Of a DNA stretch of 64,000 nucleotides, positions 10,189 to 20,777 are shown piece by piece. Every line of letters begins with the position of its first letter. Positions within the stretch are counted from its first letter, which is position 1. The position numbers were made by a program, and so were the translations under genes. The stretch comes from Candidatus Velesiimonas alkalicola (GTDB taxonomy: Bacteria; Omnitrophota; Gorgyraeia; Velesiimonadales; Velesiimonadaceae): the NCBI GenBank assembly GCA_013626165.1, contig NDHX01000005.1, positions 26,875 to 90,874 on the forward strand. Direction: 5' to 3'. The notes beneath the pieces are model-generated. The model was given only the letters and a program-made list of their open reading frames with translations, did not search any database and was not told the origin of the DNA.

Positions 10189-10662
10189 TTATAGTGCTTT
10201 GCTTGTAAAAGATTTAATTTTTTTCAATAAAGACTTTATTTTTGATTTTGTTTCTTTTTATGGCAACCGTAGTTTTTGGCTCTAGTCCTGATAGTTCTTC
10301 CATACTCTTAAATGTTTTTCCTGCCCCCCCCTACCACCAAGCGTACAAAAGAAGGCAGTGTTTTTGAGTTTTTTCTTATTAAACATAAGAAAACTTCTTA
10401 CCGCAGGTGTCATTGTAAATGCCCATACAGGTGTTCCTACAATGACAGTATCAAACGATGAAATATCAGCCTGTTCTGATAGTTTAATCTGGGAATATTT
10501 TTTAAACATAGCATCCTTCCCACCAGACAAAAATTCCTTTATTCCTTTTCTATTTTCTTTTTCTAATATTTCTATAGATTTGCAATTTAGGCGTTCTGCA
10601 ATTAAATCTGCAACCATTTTTGTTGCGCCAGTTAACGAATAATATATAACCAATGTTTTCAT
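10189..10662 (-). pseudogene. Flavodoxin family protein, frameshifted at a G8 tract (10324-10331)
   Basis: YYSLTGAT, GTPVW, FFCT motifs; a +1 G restores GAGKTFKSMEELSG...KAL* ending at 10189. Confidence 0.8.
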
Positions 10663-10862
10663 TTCACCTCTTTCATCTTATCTTAGATTTTATCTTTTTT
10701 GCTAATGAATTTTTAACAGAACAAATAATTCCTCCACAGGTCTATTTTCTACCCTCTTTTTGTGTTTCTTTCTGTCAGTTATTAGCTTGTCTTTCCTGCG
10801 CATAATTATAACCGGCAATGGTTTAATGTCAACAAAAAATTCACATCTTCTTATTTTTGTTT

Positions 10863-10890
10863 TTGACATTTAGATAGTAAATGATAATAT
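10863..10890 (+). promoter_or_regulatory. sigma70-like promoter of leuA (probably leaderless)
   Basis: TTGACA-16 nt-TAATAT with TG; ATG 7 nt downstream, no SD. Confidence 0.6.
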
Positions 10891-10897
10891 ATTAACT

Positions 10898-12424
10898 ATG
10901 GCTGAAAAGATTATTATATTTGATACCACACTGAGAGATGGAGAGCAGGCTCTTCCGGCAAGCCTTTCTGTTAAAGAAAAGATTGTTATTGCAAAGCAGC
11001 TTGAAAGACTTGGGGTAGATGTTATAGAGGCAGGGTTCCCTGTTTCTTCAATGGGCGATTTTGAGTCTGTATCAACGATGGCAAGACAGATTAGAAAACC
11101 CATTATATGCGGTCTTGCAAGATGTGTTAAAAAAGATATAGAGACTTGCAAAGATGCTCTTCAATATGCAAGATGTCCGCGTATCCATATATTCGTAGGA
11201 ACCTCCCGCATACACAGGGAGAAGAAATTAAGAAAAACAGACGAAGAAATTCTTCAAATGGCAAAAGATTCTGTAAGGCTGGCAAGAAGATTTTGTAGTG
11301 ATGTTGAATTCTCATCAGAAGATACAGGAAGAACAGAAAGAGATTTTCTTTACAGAATAGTAGAATGTGCAATAAAAGAGGGGGCAACAACTATAAATCT
11401 TCCAGATACTGTGGGTTATACATATCCTGAAGAGTTTGGTAGCATTGTATCAGGTGTTATAAATAATGTTCCCAATATTAATAAGGCAATTGTATCTGTT
11501 CACTGTCATAATGACCTTGGCATGGCATCTGCAAATTCTATCACCGCTGTTAAATATGGGGCGCGTCAGGTTGAATGTACAATAAATGGTCTTGGTGAAA
11601 GAGCCGGAAATGCTGCACTTGAAGAAATAGTAATGATATTAAATACAAGGAAAGATATATTCCCCGATATTTTCAGCAGTATCAAAACGGAACAAATTTA
11701 TACAACAAGTAAACTTGTAAGCCAGATATGTAATGTCCCGGTGCAGCCCAATAAGGCAGTTGTGGGGGCGAATGCTTTTGCACACTCTTCTGGCATACAT
11801 CAGGATGGGGTGCTGAAAGAGAGAAGAACCTACGAGATAATGACGCCTCAGTCAGTAGGACTTAAAGGAAGCCAGATGAGACTTACAGGAAGGTCTGGTA
11901 GCCATATGGTGAGGACTCGTCTTATGGAACTAGGATACAGTGAAAAAGATTTTGATATAAATAAACTTTATGAAAGGTTTAAGGCACTGGCTGATAAAAA
12001 AGGAACGGTATATGATGATGATCTTATTGCACTTGTGGAACTTCGTCAGATAGACATAAAAAATAAATACGACCTTTTATATCTAAATGCAGTATCAGGT
12101 AAAAACATAATTCCTACTGCAACAGTAAGACTTTCTATAATGGAAGGGAAAAAGACAAGGGTTGTTCAAGAAGCTGCAACAGGAGATGGTCCTGTGAGTG
12201 CAACAATCTATGCCATAGAAAGAATCACAGGTTTTAACATTAAGTTAGAGGATTATAAACTTTCTGCAATGCCAGGAGGAGCAGAGGCTGTAGGACAGGT
12301 TTCTGCAATAGGTGTGTATAAAGATAAAAAGTATCATGGCAGAGGTTCAAGCACAGATATTGTTGAAGCCTCCGCTTTGGCATATCTTGACATAGTCAAC
12401 AAAATTTCAAGACTTGAAAAGTAG
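10898..12424 (+). CDS. leuA: 2-isopropylmalate synthase
   Basis: DTTLRDGEQ, HCHNDLG, GERAGN, HQDG, C-terminal regulatory domain. Confidence 0.95.
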   Translation: MAEKIIIFDTTLRDGEQALPASLSVKEKIVIAKQLERLGVDVIEAGFPVSSMGDFESVSTMARQIRKPIICGLARCVKKDIETCKDALQYARCPRIHIFVGTSRIHREKKLRKTDEEILQMAKDSVRLARRFCSDVEFSSEDTGRTERDFLYRIVECAIKEGATTINLPDTVGYTYPEEFGSIVSGVINNVPNINKAIVSVHCHNDLGMASANSITAVKYGARQVECTINGLGERAGNAALEEIVMILNTRKDIFPDIFSSIKTEQIYTTSKLVSQICNVPVQPNKAVVGANAFAHSSGIHQDGVLKERRTYEIMTPQSVGLKGSQMRLTGRSGSHMVRTRLMELGYSEKDFDINKLYERFKALADKKGTVYDDDLIALVELRQIDIKNKYDLLYLNAVSGKNIIPTATVRLSIMEGKKTRVVQEAATGDGPVSATIYAIERITGFNIKLEDYKLSAMPGGAEAVGQVSAIGVYKDKKYHGRGSSTDIVEASALAYLDIVNKISRLEK

Positions 12425-12551
12425 AGTTTTTAAGATTCCCTTTATAAAAAAGGCGAGAGCCTGTAAGTTTTTGTCAGCTACTTATATACTTGACAGGCTT
12501 CCACTTAATACCACAGAGAAAATTATTTTCGTTATAACAAAAAAATGTTGA

Positions 12552-13520
12552 ATGAAAAGGATACTTCTAACAGGTTGTTGTGGATTTATAGGATGGAAAA
12601 CAGCACAGATGCTTCTTGAAAAAGGGTTCTTCGTATTTGGAATAGACAATATAAACAACTACTATGATATAAGGCTAAAAAATTATAGGCTAAACGATAT
12701 TGAAAAACACAAAAACCTCCGATTTGAAAAAACAGACATAGAAGACAGTGTCTGCCTTAACAGGATACTTAAAAAATATAGATTTGATGCAGTTATAAAC
12801 CTTGCAGCAAGAGCAGGTGTCCGATACAGTTTAAAAAATCCTTATGTATATTTTACAACCAATTCAATCGGTTGCCTTAATCTTCTTGAATGTATGAGAA
12901 AATTTGGTATAAAAAAGTTTGTTCTTGCTTCTACATCCTCATTGTATGCCGGACTTCCAGTCCCTTTTAAGGAGTGTATGGAAGTGAACAAACCCATCTC
13001 TCCTTATGCCGCATCTAAGAGGTCTGCAGAAACCATATCATATACATACCATTATCTTTATAACATTGATGTAACAATATTAAGATACTTTACCGTATAT
13101 GGTCCTGCTGGTCGTCCAGATATGAGTATTTTCAGGTTTATAAAATTGATAGATGAAGATAAAAAAATTTCAGTTTATGGAGATGGAACACAGAGAAGAG
13201 ATTGGACATACATTGATGACATAGCAGAAGGTACAATAAATGGTTTAAAAAACTTAAGGTACCAGATTATAAATTTAGGCAATAACAATCCTGTATCATT
13301 AAAATATATAATAAAAAATATTGAAAAATATTTATGTAAAAAAGCAAAAATAGACTACAAAAATTTTCATAAAGCAGATATGAAAATAACCTGCGCCTGT
13401 ATAAAAAAAGCCAAGAAACTTCTTTGCTGGACGCCAAGGGTAGATATAGAAAGCGGATTAAAAAAAACGGTGGACTGGTATTTGAAAAATAAAAGTTTTG
13501 TATCAAAAATAAAATTATAG
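12552..13520 (+). CDS. NAD-dependent epimerase (UDP-glucuronate 4-epimerase-like)
   Basis: GCCGFIG, LAARAGVRYS, YAASK, RYFTVYGPAGRPDM. Confidence 0.9.
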   Translation: MKRILLTGCCGFIGWKTAQMLLEKGFFVFGIDNINNYYDIRLKNYRLNDIEKHKNLRFEKTDIEDSVCLNRILKKYRFDAVINLAARAGVRYSLKNPYVYFTTNSIGCLNLLECMRKFGIKKFVLASTSSLYAGLPVPFKECMEVNKPISPYAASKRSAETISYTYHYLYNIDVTILRYFTVYGPAGRPDMSIFRFIKLIDEDKKISVYGDGTQRRDWTYIDDIAEGTINGLKNLRYQIINLGNNNPVSLKYIIKNIEKYLCKKAKIDYKNFHKADMKITCACIKKAKKLLCWTPRVDIESGLKKTVDWYLKNKSFVSKIKL

Positions 13521-13855
13521 AAAATAAGCACAAAAAATAAATTCATAGATAAGAAAAATCAAAAGCAAAAAACTTGATTAAAAAATTTCAAGACAGGATA
13601 CAATCATAGTCAGAGACAGCAAGGTTTTTTGTGGCTGATAAATTTTCAGATACTAACAAAAACAATTAAATAGCCGAAAAGTTGAATGGGTTAAGCTAAG
13701 AAGCGACGGCGGATTCAGGAGGCTTGAAACTGTTTTGAACCACTTGAAAATTCCACACGAAAAATTGCCACAGCAGAAACCCCAGCAGTAGAACACTTCG
13801 CGTTCATTAGGGGCAGGGGCGGCAGGACAAGACAGAGCATTCCTCAAATTTGTTT

Positions 13856-13929
13856 TGGTAAAGCTCAAGGGGTTAAACCCACTCGGCCAATCTTGCGATT
13901 TCACAGGGGTTTCACCCCTTTGAATTACC
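13856..13929. repeat. REP-like imperfect palindrome
   Basis: TCAAGGGGTTAAACCC ... GGGTTTCACCCCTTTGA arms. Confidence 0.5.
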
Positions 13930-14098
13930 CCTTAAACAATGGGGAAAGCCTTCTTTCTTCTCAATCCTTTTCTGGTCAGGGGTGGTAACCTTTCTCAAGT
14001 CAGGGGGATACTCAATGCAATCTATTTTCTGCGTTTCACTCAATATCTTTTATCTTTTTTCCTACCTACTACCTACTATCTCCTATCTCCTATCTTTT

Positions 14099-14174
14099 TG
14101 GTGGAGCTGAGGGGATTCGAACCCCTGGCCTTCTCGTTGCGAACAAGACGCGCTCCCAACTGCGCCACAGCCCC
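14099..14174 (-). tRNA. tRNA-Ala(CGC)
   Basis: GGGGCTG...TT CGC AA...GGTTCGAATCC...CTCCACCA, G3-U70 pair. Confidence 0.95.
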
Positions 14175-14459
14175 ACTCTGGAGTTAGGACCATCCTTATC
14201 ATTATAAGAACCATATACAGAGGTGAGCCATAAAAACATGCGCCACCTCCGAGAATGTGCAGAATTTCATATTCCTGCATAACAATGCAGGCACTGTTCA
14301 GAACTTATATCTTCAATCTCACCCTGTTTTTTTGCATAGAATCTGCATAATAACTATGTAAACAACATGTGTTTTTACTTTTAATCTCGGGTTTTTGTCT
14401 TTTCTCCTGCTGGGCGAGCAGCCATCAGCGGGGCTTCTTATGCATAATCTCAGAAATAC

Positions 14460-15015
14460 TCACCTCCTGTTCTTATCAGCGGCTAATCTGAAAACAAGAT
14501 TGGTCCCTCCTATTTTTATCGTATCTCCAGATCTTAGTATTAGTTTTTCTATCTTCATATCATTAACAAATGTTCCGTGCTTACTTTCTAAATCCTCAAG
14601 AATATAGCCATCAACAGTAGGAATAATAACACAGTGTTTACGGGAAATAGTAAGTTCCGGTAAAACCAGATGATTTGCTTTCTCAGCCCTTCCTATAAAA
14701 AATGGTTCATTTCCCTGCACTTCACATTTTATTTCTTTTCCGTCGTCTGTTATTCCCCATATTTCTGCTTTTGAAAGGCTAACAAAAGAGTTTTGTATCT
14801 TTAGCCTTATCTGTGATAACTTCTCCTGCTTTTTTCTTTCCTCTGTTAAATCTTGAATCTGTGGTTTTTCCATTTTTTTTAAGGTTTTTAATGTAGCACG
14901 AAATTCAGAGTCTAAAAGCATTTTGAAAAAGAATCTTCCCCCCTATACAAATTCCTGCAATTAAAACACCCACCACAAAAAACGCAAGAAACACAACAAA
15001 AAAGGGTTGCGTCAT
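14460..15015 (-). CDS. FHA domain protein; N-terminal TM segment separated by a frameshift at G6 (14938-14943)
   Basis: IGR, ISRKH, DLESKHGTFVN FHA motifs; upstream hydrophobic ORF from ATG 15015 joins if one G is removed. Confidence 0.8.
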
Positions 15016-15081
15016 TATAAAATACATCAACTCATTGAACAACCGCTCAATATCTATCTTTACTACTATAAAAAATACCAT

Positions 15082-15834
15082 CTATCTTCCATTGTAGATG
15101 AGAATCTCTTGTTCTGCTATTTTTATACGCTCATCTATATCAGGGTGTGTTCTTGCCCATACCGGAACCAAAACTTTTTTATTTTCAATTACCTTCAATC
15201 TTTTCAAAAAATCAACCATTGCAGAAGGATTATAGCCAGCCTTTCTGCTGTATTTAATCCCCAGTCTGTCTGCAAGCAATTCGTCTTCTCTACCGTAACC
15301 AAGAACTATCAGGCTAAAAACTGTATTTGTTATTTCTTGTATTGAAGAAAAATCTGATGAATCTCTGAATACAATTGCAGAAATAAGTGAATAGCCGTAT
15401 ACTGCTTCAAGTCTTTTTATGGGATGTCTTGCTGCAATATGTCCAATCTCATGCCCTATAACGCAGGCAAGCTCATCGTCTGTTTTTATAAAATTAAGAA
15501 GCCCTGTGTGAACATATACATAACCACCCGGCAATGCAAACGCATTTATATTTTTATCTTTTACAACAAAAAAATTATAGTTTATATCTTTTCTGTCAGA
15601 CACAGATGCTATTCTTTTTCCAATCTCTTGCACTCTTTTTTCATCATTGTTGTGTATTAAAACATATTTTCCTTGTATCTGGTATGATAATTTTTGACCT
15701 AATGCAACCTCTTGTTGTGTATCAATAAATACAAACTCTTGTCTTTCAGTGGCAGGATTATATATGGTTGCACAACCAGGCAAAAATAGCAATAAAACGG
15801 ATAAGAAGATGATAAGTGGACATCCTTTTGTCAT
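15082..15834 (-). CDS. M48 family metalloprotease, lipoprotein
   Basis: Lipobox LPGC, NAFALPGG, HEIGH, THP. Confidence 0.92.
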   Translation of the reverse strand: MTKGCPLIIFLSVLLLFLPGCATIYNPATERQEFVFIDTQQEVALGQKLSYQIQGKYVLIHNNDEKRVQEIGKRIASVSDRKDINYNFFVVKDKNINAFALPGGYVYVHTGLLNFIKTDDELACVIGHEIGHIAARHPIKRLEAVYGYSLISAIVFRDSSDFSSIQEITNTVFSLIVLGYGREDELLADRLGIKYSRKAGYNPSAMVDFLKRLKVIENKKVLVPVWARTHPDIDERIKIAEQEILIYNGR

Positions 15835-16037
15835 AATTTGTTAGAGTTATTTTAAGCGATAACACATGGGATTTCAAGAGGATTGCCATTGCGAATTTGT
15901 AAGACTATAATATATACAGTATCTTTCAGTGATAAGGTGTATTATTTAGGTACGGCTCGGGATGTTCGCCAGGCGCGCTCACCCGCAGGCTCTTAAGTGC
16001 TCGAGACATACCCCCAAAAAGAAGAAGATAAAATAAA

Positions 16038-16826
16038 GTGGAAAAAATAATCGCCGCTTTTATAAATCTGTTTTATCCCCTTCATTGTTTGGTTTGCAGG
16101 CAAAGGATTGATGTTTTTTCAAGTGACCAGATGTGCAAGCAATGCCTTGATAAATTTTATTATCTAAAGGCTCCGTTTTGTACAAAATGCGGAAGACCTC
16201 TTCCTGCTGAAAGACAGGAACTGGCAAAAATATGCAGGGTATGTCAAAAATTTCCGCCGCAATTTGACAGGGGTTTTTCAGTGTGTTTATATGAAGGGGT
16301 ACTAAAAGAGTGCTTACATAAATTTAAGTATCAGGGGAAAACCGCTCTTAAGAAAACCTTTGGCAGGATGGTTTCAAGTTTTATAAATGAAAACATACTG
16401 AAAACTCTGCCGGATATTTCCGAAGAAGGTAAGAAAAATTTATTTGATTGTATTATCCCGGTTCCGCTTCATATTACAAGGATGCGTGAGAGAGGATTTA
16501 ACCAATCAGAGCTTCTTGCAATAGAGGTATGTAAAAGTCTTGATATATCATTAAAAACAAACATATTAAAAAGAAAACGGTTTACAAAGTCTCAAATCCT
16601 TTTAACTAAAAAACAAAGAAGAAAGAATGTCCGGGATGCATTTATAGCAAGAACAGATAAAACTATAAAAAGTGTGATACTCTTGGATGATATAATGACA
16701 ACAGGTTCAACATTGGACGAATGTTCAAGAACACTAAGACAGGCAGGAATAGAATTTATCTGTGCCGTTGTTGTGGCAAGGACACTGCATATTGCCACAG
16801 CAAAGCCAGACAGGAAATTCCGGTGA
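16038..16826 (+). CDS. comF: ComF family protein (double zinc ribbon + PRTase)
   Basis: CxxC pairs, VPLH..R..RGFNQS, LLDDIMTTGST. Confidence 0.9.
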   Translation: MEKIIAAFINLFYPLHCLVCRQRIDVFSSDQMCKQCLDKFYYLKAPFCTKCGRPLPAERQELAKICRVCQKFPPQFDRGFSVCLYEGVLKECLHKFKYQGKTALKKTFGRMVSSFINENILKTLPDISEEGKKNLFDCIIPVPLHITRMRERGFNQSELLAIEVCKSLDISLKTNILKRKRFTKSQILLTKKQRRKNVRDAFIARTDKTIKSVILLDDIMTTGSTLDECSRTLRQAGIEFICAVVVARTLHIATAKPDRKFR

Positions 16827-16928
16827 GGAGTTTTGCCCTTGAGCCGTGAAACCTTACCTGCCTTCGTGAAGATTAAAGAGCAACTGGTGCTCTGGGACAC
16901 CCTGACCATTGATACTTGAAAAAATAAT

Positions 16929-18020
16929 ATGAGAATTATAAGAAATTATATAATTTTTGAAATACTTGCAGCATTTTTTGTGTGTATATTTATATTTGTA
17001 TTTGTACTTATTGCCGGAAGATTTGTGGGTATGGCAGACCTTATAATAAACAAAGGGGTTTCTATATTTGACATATCAAGGGTTCTTCTGCTTCTTATTC
17101 CGTACATGCTTGCAATATCAATACCTATGGCGTTTCTTACAGGTTGTATTTTTATATTCGGAAGGATGTCTTCTGACAATGAGATAAGTGCATTGCTTTC
17201 TTCAGGTATATCATTTTCAAAAATTATTATCCCGGTGATATATCTATCTGTTTTAATAAGTTTTGTCTGCCTTTATATCCATGACAGGGTAGTACCGTCT
17301 ACACGCTTTAAGTCAAGACAGATTATAAAATCAATAGGCTTAAAAGAGCCGACTGCATTTTTAGAGCCCGGTATATTTATAAAACAGTTTGAACCATATG
17401 TAATATATATAGGTGAAATAAAAAAGGGCATAATGCACCGTGTTTGCATATACCAACCTGAACGGGGCAAGCCCACAAGAACAATATTTGCACGCAGAGC
17501 AGAAACCCTCCCCAGCGACGATGACCAGTCTGTAAGATTAAAACTATATAACGGTGCCACGGATGAGCCAGATCCCAATGACCCAAATTCATTCTTTAAG
17601 ATAATGTTTGATGAATATATAATAACACTTCATATTCCCGAAGATTCATATTCAGGGACGATTGAAAAAAAACCTCGTGAAATGACAATACAAGAGATAA
17701 AAAATCAGATAAAGGAATTAGAAGCAAAATCTATAAATACAGCTCCTCTTTCAACAGAAATACAATGGAAGATGAGTCTTTCGTTTGCCTGTATCCCTTT
17801 TGCGATAATAGCTCTGCCTATTGCAGTAAGGATAAGAAGAGCAGAAAAATCTGTTGCGTTCGGAATCTCTCTTCTGATAATTTTAATATATTACTTGATA
17901 TTTCTTTTAAGCCAGATGCTTGCGATAGAGGGGAAGATTGAACCGTATTTTCTATGGTTTGCAAATATTATGTTTACAGCAGCAGGGATCCTGTTTATAA
18001 ACTATGAAAATTATAGATAA
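16929..18020 (+). CDS. lptF: LptF/LptG family permease
   Basis: GRMSSDNE..A..SSG motif, 3+3 TM topology. Confidence 0.8.
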   Translation: MRIIRNYIIFEILAAFFVCIFIFVFVLIAGRFVGMADLIINKGVSIFDISRVLLLLIPYMLAISIPMAFLTGCIFIFGRMSSDNEISALLSSGISFSKIIIPVIYLSVLISFVCLYIHDRVVPSTRFKSRQIIKSIGLKEPTAFLEPGIFIKQFEPYVIYIGEIKKGIMHRVCIYQPERGKPTRTIFARRAETLPSDDDQSVRLKLYNGATDEPDPNDPNSFFKIMFDEYIITLHIPEDSYSGTIEKKPREMTIQEIKNQIKELEAKSINTAPLSTEIQWKMSLSFACIPFAIIALPIAVRIRRAEKSVAFGISLLIILIYYLIFLLSQMLAIEGKIEPYFLWFANIMFTAAGILFINYENYR

Positions 18021-19077
18021 ATATACAATTAGAAATATTTTGCCTTTAATATTTATTTCGTTTTTGCTTTTTCTGGTGCTTTTTATACTTATTGATATTT
18101 TCGGTCGTCTGGATGAGATAATAAGAGCAAAGGTGCCTGTGGAGATAGTTTTTAAATACTATATAAACCAGATACCATATGTGTTTGTCCGAATAATTCC
18201 TTTTTGCATCCTGATATCAACACTGTATGGTTTTAGTATTATGAACAAAGAAGGTGAAATAGGAGCTATGCTCGCCTGTGGAATAAGCAGGTTCAGGATT
18301 GCACTGCCTGTGGTTATAATTTCTATGGTTTTAAGTTTTGTTTCATTTTTTATAAGTGAATTTATTGCCCCTCAAACATATTCCAGGGCACTGGCAATTA
18401 AAAGAATTTATTTTGAAGAAAAACAACAGAAAAAGCCAACAACAATAAACAATTTAACAAAACATATCAGCAGGAAAAAAATGTTGTTTGCAGAAAGTTA
18501 TGATATTTATTCAGAGACACTTTATAATGTGATAATAACAGAATATACAGATGAAGACATACTTTCAAAAAAAACAGTTGTTCAATCTGCAAAATGGGAA
18601 AATAATATCTGGAAGGCAAAAGGTGTATCTATATTTCAATATCTGCCAACATATGAAGAACCCGTAGTGGCAGGTGAAATGGATCTGTCTCTTGAAATAA
18701 GCCCGGGCAAATTACTTGAACCTGAGTTCAACCCTGAGGTAGCCTCCATACCACAATTCAGGGAATATTTATACAGCATAAGCCGAAATCCACATAGGAC
18801 CCCAAGAAGGTTGGTTGTTGATTTTTATACAAAATATTCAATTCCGTTTGCAAACTTTATCCTAGTAGTCATGGCATGTTCGGTTGCTGTTGTAAGCAGA
18901 AAAATCGGTGCACTTCAGGGTATAGGCATAGGAATTGTTATTGGAATTCTTTTCTATATAATGTTTGCACTTAGCATTGCAATGGGAAAGGGTGGGTATA
19001 TAAATCCGATACTTTCAGCCTTTCTTGTCAATTTTCTGTTTCTTGTTATCGGTGCAGTTTTTTTTGTGCAAAAATAA
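18004..19077 (+). CDS. lptG: LptF/LptG family permease
   Basis: Tandem paralog, GEIGAMLACGIS motif. Confidence 0.8.
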   Translation: MKIIDKYTIRNILPLIFISFLLFLVLFILIDIFGRLDEIIRAKVPVEIVFKYYINQIPYVFVRIIPFCILISTLYGFSIMNKEGEIGAMLACGISRFRIALPVVIISMVLSFVSFFISEFIAPQTYSRALAIKRIYFEEKQQKKPTTINNLTKHISRKKMLFAESYDIYSETLYNVIITEYTDEDILSKKTVVQSAKWENNIWKAKGVSIFQYLPTYEEPVVAGEMDLSLEISPGKLLEPEFNPEVASIPQFREYLYSISRNPHRTPRRLVVDFYTKYSIPFANFILVVMACSVAVVSRKIGALQGIGIGIVIGILFYIMFALSIAMGKGGYINPILSAFLVNFLFLVIGAVFFVQK

Positions 19078-19167
19078 ATACAAGATTGTTAAATCTTCAA
19101 GAAAGGCCGGAAAATATACAGCAGGAAAAGATGTCAAAAAGGCATTCCTACAATTGGAAAAAATTAT

Positions 19168-19887
19168 ATGCAGATAATAAATATTTTTAAGAACAATGAC
19201 GAGAATATAATATTTAAGTGGACACTGCTTATTTCGGTAATTTTTCATATAGTGTTTATTTTAATGTCCGGTGTTTTTTTAAAAAGTAATAACAGGGATA
19301 CAGGAAAGCCAATGGAGGTGTCTTATGTAAAAATAAAAAGCCAGAGGGTGAACAGGATTTCTAAAAGTGAAGATATCTTTAAAAAAAATATCAATGAATT
19401 ACCGGCACACAAAGACATATTGCTTCTGTCGCCTAAAAATTATGTTTCTACTGAAAATTTCGTAAAAAAAGAAACAATTGAGAAGGTATCTTTAAAGTCT
19501 TCCACCGGTGCTGAGGTTCTTAAGTACGATTTTTCTTCTCTTATAACGTCTGCTGATGTTGCAGTCCCTATTGATATAGGTGTACCAATGGATAAAAAGG
19601 CGCTTGCAGGTTATTTTCAAATGTTGAGAAGAAAAATAAAAGAAGAATTAGATTCTTATCCCAAGCAGGATATAAAAAGCGAAGGAATAGTAAGGGTATC
19701 TTTTACTCTTTTAAAAGATGGCAGACTTATTGATGCAAATGTTTATTCATCCTCAGGGGTTCTTTTGCTTGATAATATTTCCGTAAGCGCCGTTAAACGT
19801 GCATCCCCGTTTTCACAGTTTCCAAAAGAACTTAACAAACCCTCTGCAACATTCTATGTGTCCATAAGTTTTGAAAAAAGGCAATGA
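19168..19887 (+). CDS. TonB C-terminal domain protein
   Basis: N-terminal TM with SxxxH; YP...EG.V.VSF...SSG..LLD. Confidence 0.85.
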   Translation: MQIINIFKNNDENIIFKWTLLISVIFHIVFILMSGVFLKSNNRDTGKPMEVSYVKIKSQRVNRISKSEDIFKKNINELPAHKDILLLSPKNYVSTENFVKKETIEKVSLKSSTGAEVLKYDFSSLITSADVAVPIDIGVPMDKKALAGYFQMLRRKIKEELDSYPKQDIKSEGIVRVSFTLLKDGRLIDANVYSSSGVLLLDNISVSAVKRASPFSQFPKELNKPSATFYVSISFEKRQ

Positions 19888-20609
19888 CAAAAGAGTATAA
19901 GGAAAGATTTTACAGGAAGTGGATGCATGCACAAGGGCTGGTTTGTTTTAATGTATGTGAAAAGGAAACCGATCTGTGGATAGCAGCAGATAAAAACTTA
20001 TCAGACAATTCGCTGCGCTGGGCAAAACATTACAGGAGGCAGGTTGAGGACTATATAAAAAAGGATAAGAGATTTCTTGAAAGCCTTGCTCCGGTTAAAG
20101 TAGATAAGAATGCTAATTTTATTATAAAACATATGGCAAGTGCCGCATCACTGGCTTGTGTAGGTCCTATGGCATCTGTTGCAGGAGCAATTGCACAGGC
20201 AGTAGGGAAAAGACTCTTAAAAAACACAAGACAGGTAATTATTGAAAATGGCGGTGATATATTTATTGTATCAAACACTGAAAGAAGATTTTCGGTATAT
20301 GCAGGGAACAGTCCTTTTGGGGGTAAGATTATTTTTAAGATAAAACCTGAACAAACACCCTGCGGGATATGTACATCAAGCGGGACTGTTGGACATTCGT
20401 TAAGTTTTGGCAAGGCAGATGCGGTTGTTGTAACTGCCGAGGATTGTGTTGTAGCAGATGCATTTGCAACATCACTGTGCAATAGGGTAAAACGGGAAAA
20501 GGATATAGAACAAGTTCTGGAAATTGCAAAAGGAGCAAAGGTTTTGACAGGTTGTATAGTGGTATTGGGTAAAAAAATCGGAATCTGGGGACACATGCAA
20601 ATATGTTAG
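19884..20609 (+). CDS. UPF0280 (ApbE-like) protein
   Basis: VGPMASVAGAIA, ENGGDI, CTSSGTVGHSLSFG. Confidence 0.9.
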   Translation: MTKEYKERFYRKWMHAQGLVCFNVCEKETDLWIAADKNLSDNSLRWAKHYRRQVEDYIKKDKRFLESLAPVKVDKNANFIIKHMASAASLACVGPMASVAGAIAQAVGKRLLKNTRQVIIENGGDIFIVSNTERRFSVYAGNSPFGGKIIFKIKPEQTPCGICTSSGTVGHSLSFGKADAVVVTAEDCVVADAFATSLCNRVKREKDIEQVLEIAKGAKVLTGCIVVLGKKIGIWGHMQIC

Positions 20610-20777
20610 AAATATCAATAATGAACATTCAAGTTTCAAGTGCCCAGGTTTGATCTGGGATGTTCCACACTCTAACCTTGCGATATCCAGAAAAAACCTT
20701 CCTGCCTCTAAGTCCGCAATTTCGTCGGGCACCCTCTCTGGGGGGGTGAGCCAGTAGAGCAACAGACCCTTATAAAA

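Noticed and set aside
14183-14345. Possible radical SAM SPASM remnant on the minus strand (CLHC...GGGAC...KDGP)
   Set aside because: Needs several frameshifts; too degraded to support
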